A stretch of DNA of 64,000 nucleotides from NCBI RefSeq assembly GCF_964204645.1, contig NC_134028.1, forward strand, positions 15,011,653-15,075,652. Reading direction: 5' to 3'. The position numbers and the translations under genes were made by a program. Positions 43,962-58,444 of the stretch are shown one piece after another. A model generated the notes under the pieces. That model saw only the letters and a program-made list of their open reading frames with translations. It had not been told where the DNA came from and did no database searches. Each line of letters opens with the position of its first letter. The stretch's first letter is position 1. This DNA is from Tubulanus polymorphus (lineage: Eukaryota; Animalia; Nemertea).

Positions 43962-46900
43962 TGAGAATGCCGGTTTGCTAGCGTATCTATTTAACACCCG
44001 TATTGCTCGGGATAGTTTTACTATCAACGGGTGGCGCTGTATGTAAATTTCACATAAATCAACGACTTTCGGCTATAAGCGGTACTTAAGACCACTTGAA
44101 AATATCATAGTCAATTACGGTAGTAGTGAACATAAAAAGATACAGTACAAAGATACAGTACGGTGTACAGTTAAGGACATGATTCCATAGGACCCATACT
44201 AGAGACATTTTGTTCAGACAAGGACTATTAGTTAAACACTAATCTTCATTTTCAGCAATTAACGTTCTGGTGAATTAATTAGTGATTCGGTCTTTCGGTG
44301 GTTCGAGATAAAATGCCCGCAAAATAAGAACCTAACGAACCAGGGCTGACCACAAATTGCCCAACAGATAAATTTTCGAAACGACACAATCCAATCATGT
44401 TTGGTAACAAATGTGGCGTGGACCATGGTCTTTTAACTGACCAATGCATGACCAGTACTGACCATATAGTAAATTATGTGTTTGCAAACAATTAAGTTGT
44501 TTGGTGTCAAATAACTAGATATGATGTGGGCATTAATCTAAAAATTGTTTAACTGACCAATGCTTGACCAGTACTGACCAGTTACCAGTGCTAACCAGAA
44601 CCCCCATAAGTAATTTATATGTTTAGTGAATCCTTCGTTGGTACTACTAGCTTTTACATTTAAATTTGTCGCTTGAAAAAGTCTTGTCCGATTTTTGTTG
44701 TAGGTAGCGAGCTAACTTTGAAATTCCGCTAAAATGCATAAGATTTTTACGTAGGGTTTTGAACGAACAACGTTTCCATTTGTAATTGTAACGTGCGCAT
44801 TTGAGCCTGTAACGTGCACATTTTACTCGCGTGAACGTGCGTATCGGTACCAACATGCGAGACTTGTCAAACTTTTACGATCAAGACTTTTAAACTGAAC
44901 AAAGAAGATATCATATCATATTATATATACATGAATAGATGGAATGATAATGTAGTAGTTTTAAATGTTTCGTAGCTGCTGTCCACTGACCACAGATCAA
45001 AGCTAATTGCCTGATATGAAATATATTTTTGTTATAGAGATGTAGTAGATCAGTGAGAATTCAAACTTATGGTTAATTTTGAGTGATCACAACGCTAACC
45101 AATAGAGAAAGCTGTAAGTCCTAAGAAAATATGCATTAAGTATAACATATCTTTCAATATAATGATGAAGTATTCAACTGGCCATCACAACAATAGTTTG
45201 ACTTATCTTATTGAAAAAACCGGAGTGTTAATGGGAAAACCTTGAATTCGAAACAATTCCACACTCAATCGTTTTCTTTGAAAACACAATTTGCATTTTG
45301 TGGACATGTATTTTTTTGCACCAAAAGCATGAAGTATATTATCTTTGCTTGTAAAAATTTGAAATTTTGGGGAAGATTTTTGGCCTCGTTAACCTGTGAA
45401 CACGTCCTTCGTATATTTTCTAAGACCGACCCTTGAAATAATGCTGAGAGTTCCGAGGATAATTTTGGTAGGATGTAAACTTAAGCTGCTTCGTATCCGT
45501 GGAGGGTTGCTAATACACAATAATCATAAGTACCATGAGATTCGATAGAATATCGTTTTTCAATCATACGTACACGAATTATCGCGATATAAAGATAAAT
45601 AATATGTTCATATACTTTTTACGTCTTATACTGTATATTTCTTTAGTAGTATAAATAAAGAGTGGATCAGCAGGCCACCTGAGACCATTCCACGATCTAA
45701 GGTCAGTTGCCAAAAGTTAGTAAGTTTACCAGTGGTTAGTTAACATTTATAATGACAATTAAATTTTCATTGCTAAAATAACTTTGTACTTGTTGACTCA
45801 AAAGCAGAGAATTGAAAATACGATAATACGATACGAAAACTCAGTGTACAAATTCAAAAAGATTATCTCTAGTGAGAGATCGAACGTTGTGTCGTAATTT
45901 TCTAATGATAAAACATGGTTTGAAATATGAAATGTGTACATAGTTGATCTTTTTCAATGTATTTAGTCATGTATCATATTGGATGATGGTTAATTTAAAC
46001 TATCTTTTGAGAAACGGGTCCCAGAGCTGTATCCTTTACTCCTGTAATAGAGGATGCAATTTATTTGCGACAAACAGCTAGTGCAAATAGCTAGAAAAGG
46101 TAACAATAGTGCATTGGCAAACTTAGAGCAAGCGTACATTGGTTGTTTAGGTTTTTCGAAGGGGAGAATTTGTGGGAAAATTAATCATTACTGAGATATA
46201 TCCGTGGCGAGCTTTTCCAGGGATTTAAAAAGTTGAGCTGTACACAAGGAATTTTGTGTAGTCCAATATCCGTGATTACCTCTGGCGTGGAGAGATACAA
46301 TCTAAAACCAACCCTAGAGTCAAATATTTTACCACAATTTTTTATGATCAATAAAAAGATTGAGTAATAGACATTCAAACAGTATTATCTAAATTCCACT
46401 CCATTTTAAACTCATTCATCTCGTCACAAACTTCAACTTGTTGAACAGTCCACATTAAAATTAGGGACCGCTATTCTTGCTCATCTACACTGGCTACCAA
46501 TCTAACAAAGGATTAAATTTGACTGTTTGATGTTATAACAATATCAGACTGAAGTATGGATTCGGTTTCTACTTTTTAATTGAACATTTATGTCACATAT
46601 CGGGCATCATTTTTACCAGTATATATTGAATAACCTATCCATATATCATCTTCAATTTTATAAAATCTGACTTTTGAGATGTCATTCAATCAATGCATTC
46701 ACATGCGGTCGTCGCTTTCAATAGCCACCACGGACTGGCTCCTTATTATTTCTTTGGTGATACCATTGGCGGACGATCCCACACGTTTCTTGCTCCAGCC
46801 CTAGAATGCTCAATATTCGTCATGAACCCCGATTTGAGTTTAAATTCAAAATACTCCTAAAACACACCTGTTAACTAGATTACTCTAAAACACCTTTATG

Positions 46901-49800
46901 TGCAAGAATCAGTGAAATTGGCGCTTTATCAGTTGTATTCATCATTCGTACCCACGAATCTCGTATCGTATCCTATTAATGTGGAGACCCATCCTCGTAA
47001 AGAGAATGAATAGGCTCTGTTGCGTTCATATCATTTGATATGAGGCTACGTGTCATCTTCAATTGAAATCACGTTTTTTTTAAAGGGTGGGCGAGAATAT
47101 ATTCTTATGTTTTTGTTTCTCTGAATGTTGCTATTTAAGAGTTCAATAATTTCAGTCTACCAAACAAAGGATTTTCCGTATGTTTCGTGACATGTTTTTC
47201 CATAACCCTAGGAGAGCATTTTAGGTATTTTTTTGCGGATGACCGAAAGCTGCTGTCCCTTTCTAGTAATTTGATGATATCCGTCGAAATCTGAATTCTA
47301 AAAAGGAATCAGGCATATCTTCTTTATTGACTAAATATGAACTCAACAATAAGTGACACTCCCTTCAAAGGCGCCGATGTAAAATTATGTGTCGAGTGGA
47401 GATGATATTGTGTCAGAATTTCTTCAAAATCGGAGAAAATTGAGTATTTTAAAGATAATCATTTTACATGTATGTTTAAATCCGTTATAACTGGAGCAAT
47501 TTTCATGAAAAAATATCTTTGGAATCAGCGAAATGTAATTAAGAGGAATACTATGTTTAAAAAGTTATCAAAGACATTTGAAAAAAGTTTTCTGAATTCG
47601 TCAACTGTTAAACTAGTAACAACCAGATGTGTTCCCATTAAACCACCGACCGCGAGCCGAGTCGATGTGAGATGTGCCCTACACTGAAAATCTCAAGTGC
47701 TATACAACCGGTTTTTTAGGTTCCTCTGAATGTCGGCCGTTAAAAAAACTGAACAATTCCCATTTGGAAAGGGCCTACGTAGAGAAAATTCAAGATGTGT
47801 ATATCGTGTGAGATACAGGCTCCATATTTCATGTGCGTTTGGAATTTAACCTTGTTTATAACGAAACACGCATGTATTTATGCTATTTTAGATTTAAAAA
47901 GAGCGCACGAAAGTGTTTCATGAGACCCGCAAATAACGTCAAGTTATTTATGCATTTTTGATTTATATGAATAAATTTCGCTTCGAAATCTTAAAATTTC
48001 TCAGGTGGATTATTCAATAAATTCACAACAGTCCATTATGGATTAGTTTGACGCCAATCGTTCTTTTAAAGATCTTTCTTTCTCGAAGAAAGATTTTCTT
48101 AAAAACTTTGATTATGGCGAATCTTTTATGTGTCCGATAGTTAAACCTTCGGGTATTATACTAGAACACAAATTTTCAAAGATATTCATAACATACTGAA
48201 GGATATCACAGGTTATACCCGAACATATGCAGTTGGATAGATCTTTTTGTTTCGACTCGCATGCGACAGTAAAAACGGTACTTGATATAATAAGTGAACT
48301 TCATCATTGATATTTTCACTAATCTACTTGAATTCCAAAAAAGAACTGACAATGAAAAAGGGTTACAGCTGTGACTGATATCGCTTCAAATTTCAATTCC
48401 TATGAACACTTTTAATATAAAGAAAACTATTAACGAAACAGTTTTTAGAGGCGAAGAATCCGCGTTACCATCGAATTTTCAAAACTTGAAGGAATGGTTA
48501 ATGCCTCGGTGACCACTGGTCTAGTACGCGGTTTTCTGAAATGAAAGTGGCCAAGTCTAAAGAACAACTATTGTATCACATGATTTCAAATATTAGGAAC
48601 CCAATGCGTTTAATGATTTAATTAATTGGTATCGCGCAGATTGGTTGAAAGACGGGTGTTAGTCACCTTGTGATTTAATTGTTTTTCATGCATCGATTAA
48701 TTAATCTTATTATAACTTATTCGTAGGCGCATCCCGCAAACATTTTCTATTCGTTGAGTTTTCAAACGCAGTACTGTTCAGATGATTCGAGTCAAGTAGT
48801 AAAAAAGTTTATGTATTATCATTACTATGCAGGGAAAAAACGCACTGCGGCAAGTGAGGTGCTGTGATCCAGATGTGTAACCCATTTATGGGTAATAAAT
48901 TTCCATCATGTCAACGCCATTCAAAAACAGTAGCAAAACTTTCTGCTTGTTTCTAGAAATAGCAATACGACGACAAGCACTTTCGAATTCGACCACGATA
49001 TTTGAGAAGTTTCACTGGTGGTCAGTGATGGTCAATTTATGAATTTTAATGGCGAATCCTTTCTAGTTTCACACCAAAAGCGGTACCGGTATATCGTTCT
49101 TTCAAGAAGTTTCAATTGGTCAGTGGTGGTCAGTGATGGTCAATTTATGAATTTTCAATGGCGAATCCTTTCTAGTTTGACACCATAACGCGGTATATCG
49201 TTTTCATATTCGAGAAGTTTGAATTGGTCATTGGTGGTCAGTGATGGTCAGTGATGAATTTGCAATGATGATTCCTTAGAGGTTTGAAAACAAACATTAC
49301 ATGATAAATTTCCGAAATTCGAAGTCAAGTGGTCAGACTCGGGGATATCTCAATTGGTCAGTTACTGACCATCATGGTGTCACCATTGTGGTCTATAGCT
49401 CAAATGAAACATGTGGAACCGACGAAGGGGCCCAAAAGCGTTAAGTCATTTCCTGGAGTGACGTGATCAAAAAATGCCCTAACTGGAAAAGGCAGTCTCT
49501 CAATTGGATGAAACCAAATCGGACAGGACAATTAAAATTTGGGAAGGTCACAGGTAGTGGTCTTTCTACGAAGCCCACGCGGTGAGCGTATTATTATGAA
49601 ATCTTTTTTTAAACCACCATGTACCACGAAGTAATAAGCATCGTTGTAAGCACTTGAAACAGCCATTAACCACTTGAAACTGTCAGATCAAACATCATAC
49701 CGCATCCCCGCAAAGAGGGGTGGTTCAGCAAACCGGAGTTTTCATTAGCCTCTCTAGACTACCCCGCCAGTACGGGTAGCCGAGCAAACCGGAAAACTCA
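43962..49800. mobile_element. Non-autonomous DNA transposon with TA TSD and short imperfect TIRs, inserted in BEL gag
   Basis: TGAGAATGCCGGTTTGCT at left versus AGCAAACCGGAAAACTCA at right; TA on both sides; removal gives an open gag frame YGTLMKST. Confidence 0.8.
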
Positions 49801-50934
49801 TAATGTACCGTAAATTGGATCATTAAGCTTTCTAGACTCTCGACTGACGAATTTAACAAAAGCTTCAAATGTAACCGATTCTTTGTTATCTCGAATTCGA
49901 ATGACCTGGTTACGCCAACGATCATGTAGGTAGTACGGTAACTTCAACATAAGCCCTTTAATGTTCGAAGAATATTCTAAGACGCGAACGCCATCTATGT
50001 GCTTGACCGCATACAAACACTCGGTGAGAAAGATCGAAAATTTATCTAACTCCTTCGGTCGATCAGGTTTAATCAATGGCCAGCTGAGTGCCTTGGCTAT
50101 GAAAGCGTTTGCGATTACCTCTGTATCTCCATACCTAACTCCAAATTCATCTAACGCAGCTTGATACCCGGTAGCTGGCTCTAAATAGCTGAATCCGCTT
50201 ACTATATCGTGTGCTTCGCCAGAGGTAAACTGCTCCAAAAAGTTCATTTTCTCTGCTGCATCCGAAGTGTAACGTACAATGTGGCTGTCGAACTGACGCA
50301 GAAATTTTCTAAACTTTAGTGGGTCGCCACTAAATTTCTGCACCGTTGTGTGTGGTTTACGCAATTCTTGAACAATCGCAAGCGTGCCGTTAGGATCGGA
50401 TGCTGGTCTATCGGGTGTATTACTCCTCGCTTCAGATACCGATGAGTCAGTTTGCTTCAGACTAACGTTTTCTACAGCGTTGTTTGACACGAAATCAATA
50501 GGTGTATCATATTTTTCCAATATATTAGATCGCGCTTCAGTCTTTTTCATTTTAGTTAACAATTCTAGTCGCTGCTCCTCTTGTTCTAATTCAAACCGTC
50601 TTCTCGCTATATTAAGTTTCATTTCTAACGCTTTAAAATCTGCTGCTAATTCAGCTTTACGTTGTTCTTCTCGAATACGCATAGAACGGACAGAGGATGT
50701 TGTTTGACCAGATGCAACTGACTCATTTTCGGATTGGCCGTCATTGTTAACGGGAATGGTTTCTTTTATTACGTGACTAGATTCTGCGACCCATTCTTGA
50801 ACCCTTTTTCTAACTGTGATTTCATCATCTGAGTTTGAGCAGTCTCCAGGCAGTGAAACACCTGCCGTTCCGAGTGCTGGCATAACACGGCCAACTGGAG
50901 TCCTATCTGCGACTAATGAACGACTCTTCTTCAT
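49801..50934 (-). pseudogene. gag: BEL gag N-terminal part (coiled coil plus capsid-like domain)
   Basis: KFSGDPLKF..F...F, KMNFLEQFTSGEA, RYG, KLPY.L..RW; truncated by the TA-element insertion. Confidence 0.9.
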
Positions 50935-50964
50935 TTTACTAATACTACGGCGTGTCGTTAATGA

Positions 50965-51322
50965 TGTGGGGCTTAGAACCTTCTTAGCTAAGAAATAAAC
51001 TAAAAATCCACGGTATTTAGTTCAAGGTCGTCATATGCGTTTATTACAGCGGAAACGATTAACTACAAAATACAAAAAAAGGGAATATAAGGACACTTAG
51101 TATTTAAGATATTAAAACAAAGTAAAAGATAAAAATGAAGTAAGTGAAACCTACCGACAGTGAAGCCACAGCGACAAAAATAATAAAACTATGCGCCCAA
51201 AGCGCCCGAAAGACAATCCCCGCGAACACGCCAAAAAATATCTCCACCGACCTTGGGGAGACGGACCGCAGGCCGGACCAGCGTAAACTAAAACGAGCAG
51301 CCGGCTGGGGGCATACATTACA
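50965..51322 (-). repeat. BEL 5' LTR
   Basis: Direct repeat of 23850-24207. Confidence 0.95.
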
Positions 51323-51497
51323 ATTCTCAAATAAATCATTACAATTCATCACAAAATATTAAAACTGATAATATTCAACATGAAATAATTCAAACTAATA
51401 ATGATAGTAAATCACAATCACAAATTAGCTATAACTTGTATAGGTATTATAATAGGAGGAATATTATATTTTTAACTTTAATTTTTATAAGATATAA

Positions 51498-52940
51498 ATG
51501 GATGAAGAAGGTGGAGAAGATATTCCAATGGATACTTTCGATGAACCCGGTATAGCTGAAGAACAACAACCTGATTTTAATGAAACTAATTTTGATAATG
51601 ATGATGAAACAGCATATAATTCTAATTTAGCAGATAGTGGTTCTAATAATCCATCAACGGACGAGTTTGATAGAAGAACTAAATCGTGAATAAATCCTGA
51701 AAATGAAAATCCAGATTTAGTAAAACAAAATTTAGAATATAATGAATATATTTAACATTTCAAACCTATATTTGAAAGATCTGGCTATAATATAAATGAT
51801 AGAGGCACTAGACTTTTAGTAAAAGAATTAAAATTTTCTAATGATGAATATTATTATCATTTGAAAGATGATTATTATATTAATATCTCTTATGAAAATC
51901 AAAATGAAATATTAGCAGAATCAACTTTGAGTAATTTAGAACCATCTAGAAGTAAAAGAATAAGTAATAGTAATGAAATAGAAAATGTTACCGACGCAGA
52001 AATAAAAAGAAATAAAAGATTTCATCTAAGAATTGATCGTTTATTTGAAACAATCAATTATAATTTAGAAACAGAGACAATTTCTGAACAGGATATAACT
52101 TCCAAAAGTAGTAAAATTAAACCAAGAAAAGTTCAAACTGAAAAACTTTTACCGAATGGGTTACTTGATGCAACAGAACAAGAAGTAAAAGAATTAGATA
52201 TATTTTCTGATAAAACAATTAGAGAAATTATTAGTATAAGACTTGCATCAGATAAAATCGCGCACGATAAAAATATAAGAGATTTTAAAATTAAAACTTA
52301 AGACAAAGAATCATCTAAAGCAGATGAAGAATTAGAACAATTAAAGTCTGATTTAGATCATCAAGTTATTGATGAAATTGAATATAGACAAAAGAATTAA
52401 GTTTAGAAAAAGAAATTGATGATTTAAAATATCATTTAGAATTACAGAAAGAAGAAAAAAATTATTAGTAATATCATATGATTATTGTATTAATAGATTA
52501 AAAATTATTTTTAAAGATTTGTTAATAAAACCAAATTCTAAAGTATCATTGAAAGATAGAATAAAATTATTATTTAAATTAGAAGGTATCACAATTCTTT
52601 CAATTCTCACAGCTGTAACTATGATATTTACAACAATAGGTTAAGCTATATCAAATTCTTTAAAATCTACACCAAGTCCTAATAAACCGGATAAACCTCC
52701 AAGTCATAATTCTATACAGGATAAAGTTAAAGATGGTTTAAAAAAATTAGCAAAATATTTATGGGAATTATCTAAAAACTCTGCTGCAGCTTTACCCGGT
52801 GTTATTGCATCCATCAATTGTTAGTTTTGTTTTAAAATCTGCTGGAAATATTATTAACTTTGCTGCTGAACATATTTTTCTTTCTAATTACAGTTGTAAG
52901 TGCAATTGTTTTTGGATTAGTTAATATGATGAAAAATAAA
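51498..52940 (+). pseudogene. Copy B homologue of the 5535-6754 coiled-coil/membrane gene
   Basis: EGGED.PM..., IRLASDKIAHDK, LAKYLWELSK.SAAALPG shared with copy A. Confidence 0.75.
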
Positions 52941-52959
52941 TTTTTTTTTTCTTAAATAA

Positions 52960-55564
52960 ATGAGTGGGAGTTATATAAATCCTTCTAAGAATTCTAAAAT
53001 ATCTAATGCAATTAAAGCAGAGAGATGTCATTATAAAATTACTCATAATCATTCTAATATTAATCCTGATGAAACTTTATATGTTAGACATCCTCGATTA
53101 ACACAAAATACTTTTTATGTTCCAAATAGTATTTATTTATCAGCTGATATATAAGTAACTGGTAATAATAATAATTATGTCGTAGATAATGTTGCAAGTT
53201 ATTTGATCAAAAAATTAATTATAAAGATTGGACCAGAAACAGTTTTTTTTCATTAGATGATTATATTTTAGTAACGCATTATAAAGATTTATGGTTAACA
53301 AAAGAAAATAGAGATAAAATGATATTTCAAGGCATCCAATCAGAAAAACCAAAATAAAATATAGCTGCAAGCAGCGTTAACGGGTTTCTGGCTTTCTGGA
53401 TAGAATGTCGTTCAGGAATGCGATCAAAGATTTCACCCGACATCAGTTCGTTACATTCCGCTTTTTGAAAGAGTGCCACCTAGGGGTCAACTCATAACAT
53501 GGATATGTTGACCCACATGTGCTACTACGCGCACGTGCTACTACGCGCAAAGTACTAATATGCCTGGTTTTGGGGGAAATAACATCGAGAAGAACGAAGC
53601 TACGGTGTTTTTACCATTCCCTAGTGACAGTTTAAGCGCATATGCGGTTATTATTAGTTCCGAAAAAAGTCGACTAGATAAGAAAACCAAATTTGGCCCA
53701 AAGCACAAATTTGGCCTATAGGGTAAACTATGCAGGAGGGAAGGCCTTATAGTGTTACTATTAGTAGAGGAGTGACAAGTCAAGCGATCAGATGGGGACT
53801 ACAATTCACATATGATATTGACGTCCAATAACCATTTTAAAACATAATCACGAACGGTACCATCACTCTCCATTACTGACTGTCACTGGTCTCTGGCTTG
53901 CAATCATTCTTTATCGGTGCAGTGGGTAGGTATTTTCAACTGACTTTGTTCTTCTATGACATTACCATCGCCGCTGCGTCACGATGTGATGTACATGTAC
54001 AAGGGACCTCGAAATTTGTAATGTATGTGATGTATAAACTGACTTTAGACCGTTTAATATCGACGATAACAAGGTATCACCGACGCTGACATTTTCTGAC
54101 GCTAAATAGTATGACCCGCCTTTTTGACCGGACCAATTCAATTCAATTAAGAAAACGCGTACCGGTACCATAAATAAATAAACTGCTGTTGATTTTTCGA
54201 AGTATTGATATCCACGAACAAAACTATACTATTATAGAATGTTTAAAAGGAACTGCTTTTAATAATAGTATGAATAAACTTACTTCACAAACAAGGAAGT
54301 ACATTTTTAACTTGTGAATGGTCGAACCCCAGTTATTCACAGTAACCTGTGATTTGGATATTCTCGGAGCCTTCCTTCTTTATTTATGTATGAAATGACG
54401 TCACAAACTTTCATATTATGCACTTTCACAGTATGCACGCCATGATTGATGATTGCTATTTCCACCGGTGTTATCTTTAAGTAACTTCAAGTTTAAAATA
54501 GGAAGCACAGTACGTCTATAGAAACTACGCGCAGAAAGAGACCGTTATATTATTATCAGAGTTTAACATTTCGTTTCAAAGTTGTTAGTAGTCAAATCTA
54601 ATAGAAGATGATTTTTATGTGACGAAACTCAGTGGAAAATATGTTAAAATAATAATCAGCAGGAATCCAATAGGGTTTCTGCCGAGGCAGCAGAAACCCT
54701 AATTAAGATCAGAAGCTAATAATGCAGTAGTTACTAATGACATAGATAATTTAATAAAAAGATTTATGGAAGCAAATATAAAATTCAATTAGACTTTGAA
54801 TTGATAAATAATAATGCGCCTTTATATAAATATGCAATTCAAGAAGATATTATATTTCGAGATGACATTTGCTCCTGTAAATGAAATTGTATTATCTAGC
54901 GTTTTTAAAGGTATGGATTATAAATTATCAAATATATGTTAAGAATATGACAGTAACTGAAGAAAATATTGCTAACACAATTCAAACTAAATACAATCAG
55001 GTATTTTCATTATCATATGATTATATTGATAAATTTAAAACCTTAAATATTAATGCAAATGATGAAATAATTAATGAGAATATTAACTTCCCAAGAAGAT
55101 CTATTAAAGGCGTATTAATATTTTTAACCATTGCAACATATTCTAATGGTGCAATAAAAGTTGATAATTATTATAATCCTGAAATGTCAAAAGCAGAAAT
55201 AACTATCGAAGGCATAATAGCAAATATAGCAAATAAAATATTTTGTCAGGGAATGAGAATGATTGATCAATGGGTTGAAATTAAAAAACATTTTATGAAT
55301 GAAAAAATAAAATCATCTGAACATTGTAATATTAATCAAATTGATTTCTATACCGGCAATAAATTTGCATTATGGTTAGATTTTAGAACGACAGAGGATA
55401 ACTTATTACATGGTTCTGGGAATAAATTACAAAATACTAAAGATGGAATACAATTATTCATGAAAAAGGAAAAAGGAGGTTTAAATTATAAAATACATAT
55501 TTATATTATATCTGACGCGCAATTAAACATTAGAAATTGTCAATTAGATAGTGTTATGTATTAA
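52960..55564 (+). pseudogene. Copy B major capsid gene, frameshifted and interrupted by a Helitron-like insertion
   Basis: MSGSYINPSKN start; ORF 54881-55564 matches the MCP C-terminal half. Confidence 0.85.
53358..54701 (-). mobile_element. Non-autonomous Helitron2/Helentron-like element
   Basis: Terminal hairpin TAGGGTTTCTGC...GCAGAAACCCTA (54671-54701); other end ...GCTGCTTGCAGCTATATTT; inserted in an A/T run with no clear TSD; MCP sequence resumes on both sides. Superfamily is inference. Confidence 0.65.
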
Positions 55565-55599
55565 TAAAATCATCTTTAATAAAAATTTTTATATATTAA

Positions 55600-56813
55600 A
55601 TGGGTGAAGGTAAAGTATATAAACATATTCCATACAATGATAAACATGAAAATAATGATGGTCTATATTATATAATACCTTAAAATATAGCTTTGATATT
55701 TGATCCTATTTTTAAATATTATAAAACTAAACTAATAGAAATCGATAATAAAACAGCTAATAATTTAATTGAAATCGAAAATAATAAAAAGGGGGTTGTT
55801 GATAATTTAAGTAATCAAATTGAATCTAAAATAGAGGATAATATGAATCTAATAATAATGAAAATATAGATATTATACCTTCTACTTCGAATAATGATAA
55901 TTATAATACAAAGATTGAACCTGGTATCAAAACCAAAAAGACAAATGAAAAATATTGTGACGTATGTTAAGAATATAAAAGTTATAAGAATTGGGCAACT
56001 CATATTAATTCAAGCATAATAAAGATAAGAATATAAACGAATTGAATAATAATAGTGAAATTGATAATGATAATACCGAAGAAGATAATAATAATGTTAA
56101 ATATTGTGAAGAATGTGATAAATATGCAAGTCGTAGTAATTTTTCAAAACATAAATTAACTCAAATACATTTGGATAATAAAGAAAGAAATGTATGTGAA
56201 AAGTGTAATGTTGTTGTATTACCTAAAGATAAAATTAAACATGATAATTCTATTGAAGATACAATAAAAGCTATTGATTCAAAACGTCTTTATAGAGTAC
56301 CGACTGTATTTTTTGATATCGAAAATAATAATCATAGGGAATTATATAGATTAATTTTTATCGATTATGTAAGAAATAATCCAAAAATATTATTATCAGA
56401 TCTAAAAACTCGTTGGATAGATATAAATACATTTCCAGGTGATTATTCAGGTATACTTTATTTCACAAAATTTAAAAAGAGATTTTTAACAGAATTGGAA
56501 AAAGTTGCCGCTAATGATAATTATGATCATAAAAGTGATAACTTTGTTGAAATAATTCAATATTAGAGTTATGAAGATTTTTCACAAGATGTTATAAATG
56601 AAATTAAAAATGATGCAAAAAATAAATCTAAAAATATAAGCGAAGATCAATTAAATAGATATATTGATTTAAATTATGAATTGTTTGCTAAGTTTGAGTG
56701 GTGTCAATATGTATCACACCAAACAGTTAGGTGAAGTTGAAGGCAATAGAAAATCATTTGAATTAAGAAATGCATGGCTCAAATTGTGGTTAGAATTGGA
56801 ATCAGAACAGTAA
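55600..56813 (+). pseudogene. Copy B zinc-finger gene, decayed
   Basis: GKVYKHIPY.D.HENNDGLYY start shared with 8055; CEECDKYASRSNFSKHKLTQIH. Confidence 0.7.
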
Positions 56814-56831
56814 TCTTCTGTATGAATATAT

Positions 56832-57126
56832 TACCCCTCTTTGTCTTTATCTCCTTAGTCGTTTTAGTGCATAAAGAATATATCTTTATTTTATTATTAA
56901 TGATTTAAATTAGTTTTTAAAACTACTAAAACTAAGGAGATAAAAGGCACATATATATTAGATATTCATATTATATATAGATTTGTTTCAATAATGATAA
57001 ATATCATAGATTTATTTATCTCACAGATTTATTATATGTATATATTTATTTTTTCAAGTGCTTATAAAATAAAGATATATTCTTTATGCACTAAAACGAC
57101 TAAGGAGATAAATACACAAGGGGGTA
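56832..57126. repeat. Inverted repeat (~62 bp arms) between the convergent gene blocks of copy B
   Basis: TTTATCTCCTTAGTCGTTTTAGTGCATAAAGAATATATCTTTATTTTAT and its reverse complement at ~57064-57112. Confidence 0.85.
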
Positions 57127-57151
57127 TTAATTAAAATGTATTTTACTGAGG

Positions 57152-58378
57152 TTATCCTATAAATTCATATTCATATGGAAATTGTAGTCTCAGTAATAAT
57201 TTTGAACCTTTATTACTTTTTAATTTATTCATATATTCATCATGTAATTCAGTAGGTATACGATTTTCTTCCAATGATTGTTGCATAGAATTTCTATCTT
57301 TGTTATAAAATAATACTAAAAATCTTATATTCTCCCTAAAATCTTTCACAATCGAATTATGTTTTTGATTTAAAACCCATGTTGTTATCCCAAAATGTCT
57401 CCCAGAAAAAGCTTGATAACATAGTTCACTTTCTCTAACTTTTGAACCATGTAAATTTCCACAAGCATCTATGCTAAATAATGTATTTGTTCCTTTATAA
57501 ATATATAATGCAATTTTTATACAATTATCTAATTTTACAATCATACCCTTTATATTTCACTAAAGAATACTTTTTTCCTATAATAGTTTTTGTTATCAAT
57601 ACTTTTTCTATTGTATATTCGATATCATCTGGATTTGGTACAAGTGATAATTCTTGTTCATAAAAATAACCTAATGTTTCTTCATCTTTTAGATCTTCTA
57701 ATTTATATACAAAAGGTTTAGTTAATATTATTTTTTTAATTTTAGATATTTCTTCAGTAAAATCTATGAAATATTTTTTCTATATTTAGACATTCTAACA
57801 TGTAGTCCAATTTTAAATTTAGGATCTCCAAAATCATGTGTAACAAATACACTATATAAATTATTCCAAACAACTTCTGAATCATCTTCTTTTCTAGCTT
57901 GTATAGGTTTAATACCAATACTTGAATGTTTAGAATTATCATAACCTCTAACTAAATCATCTAATACAACGATATATTTATATGTTTCATTTGCAGTAAA
58001 ATTTTTAAAAGCATTAGTAACTTCTAAACCAGTTTTATTTTTTATTGGTATACTCCATGTGTATCTACTGAATATATCTATAACATTTAATATCCAAAAA
58101 TATCCTTTATTGTATCTTTCTAAGTTCTTCATATCTATTAAATCTGCTTGCCATTGTTGATCAATATATGAAACCATAACTTTTCTTGTTAAATACTTTT
58201 TATCCATTTTCTTATGGATTTGATATGTTGGTTGATTTTGTAACCATAATTTTAATTCACTATATTTTATATTTTCATAATCAAGTTTTATTTTATCCTA
58301 TAATTTTGAAACACCAGAATATGATACTTCACTCTCTCGGTTATAATATATATCTCTTAAATATTGTTCTTTTGTCAT
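57152..58378 (-). pseudogene. Copy B ATPase (Walker A deleted) and integrase (catalytic core deleted)
   Basis: SGRHFGITTWVLNQ retained; a deletion joins the chromodomain to mid-ATPase near 57535; integrase reads NAFKN/FTANE, skipping the second D and the E. Confidence 0.85.
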
Positions 58379-58444
58379 TATTTTTTAATCCATTAATGAT
58401 AATCTAGATTTATTTTCAATGATTTTATCATTTGATTTATTTTC

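Larger units (their letters stand above)
23850..51322 (-). mobile_element. BEL/Pao LTR retrotransposon carrying two nested insertions
   Basis: 358 bp TG...CA LTRs, 5 bp TSD ATTCT (23845-49 / 51323-27), gag-PR-RT-RH-IN order with BEL motifs. Confidence 0.95.
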
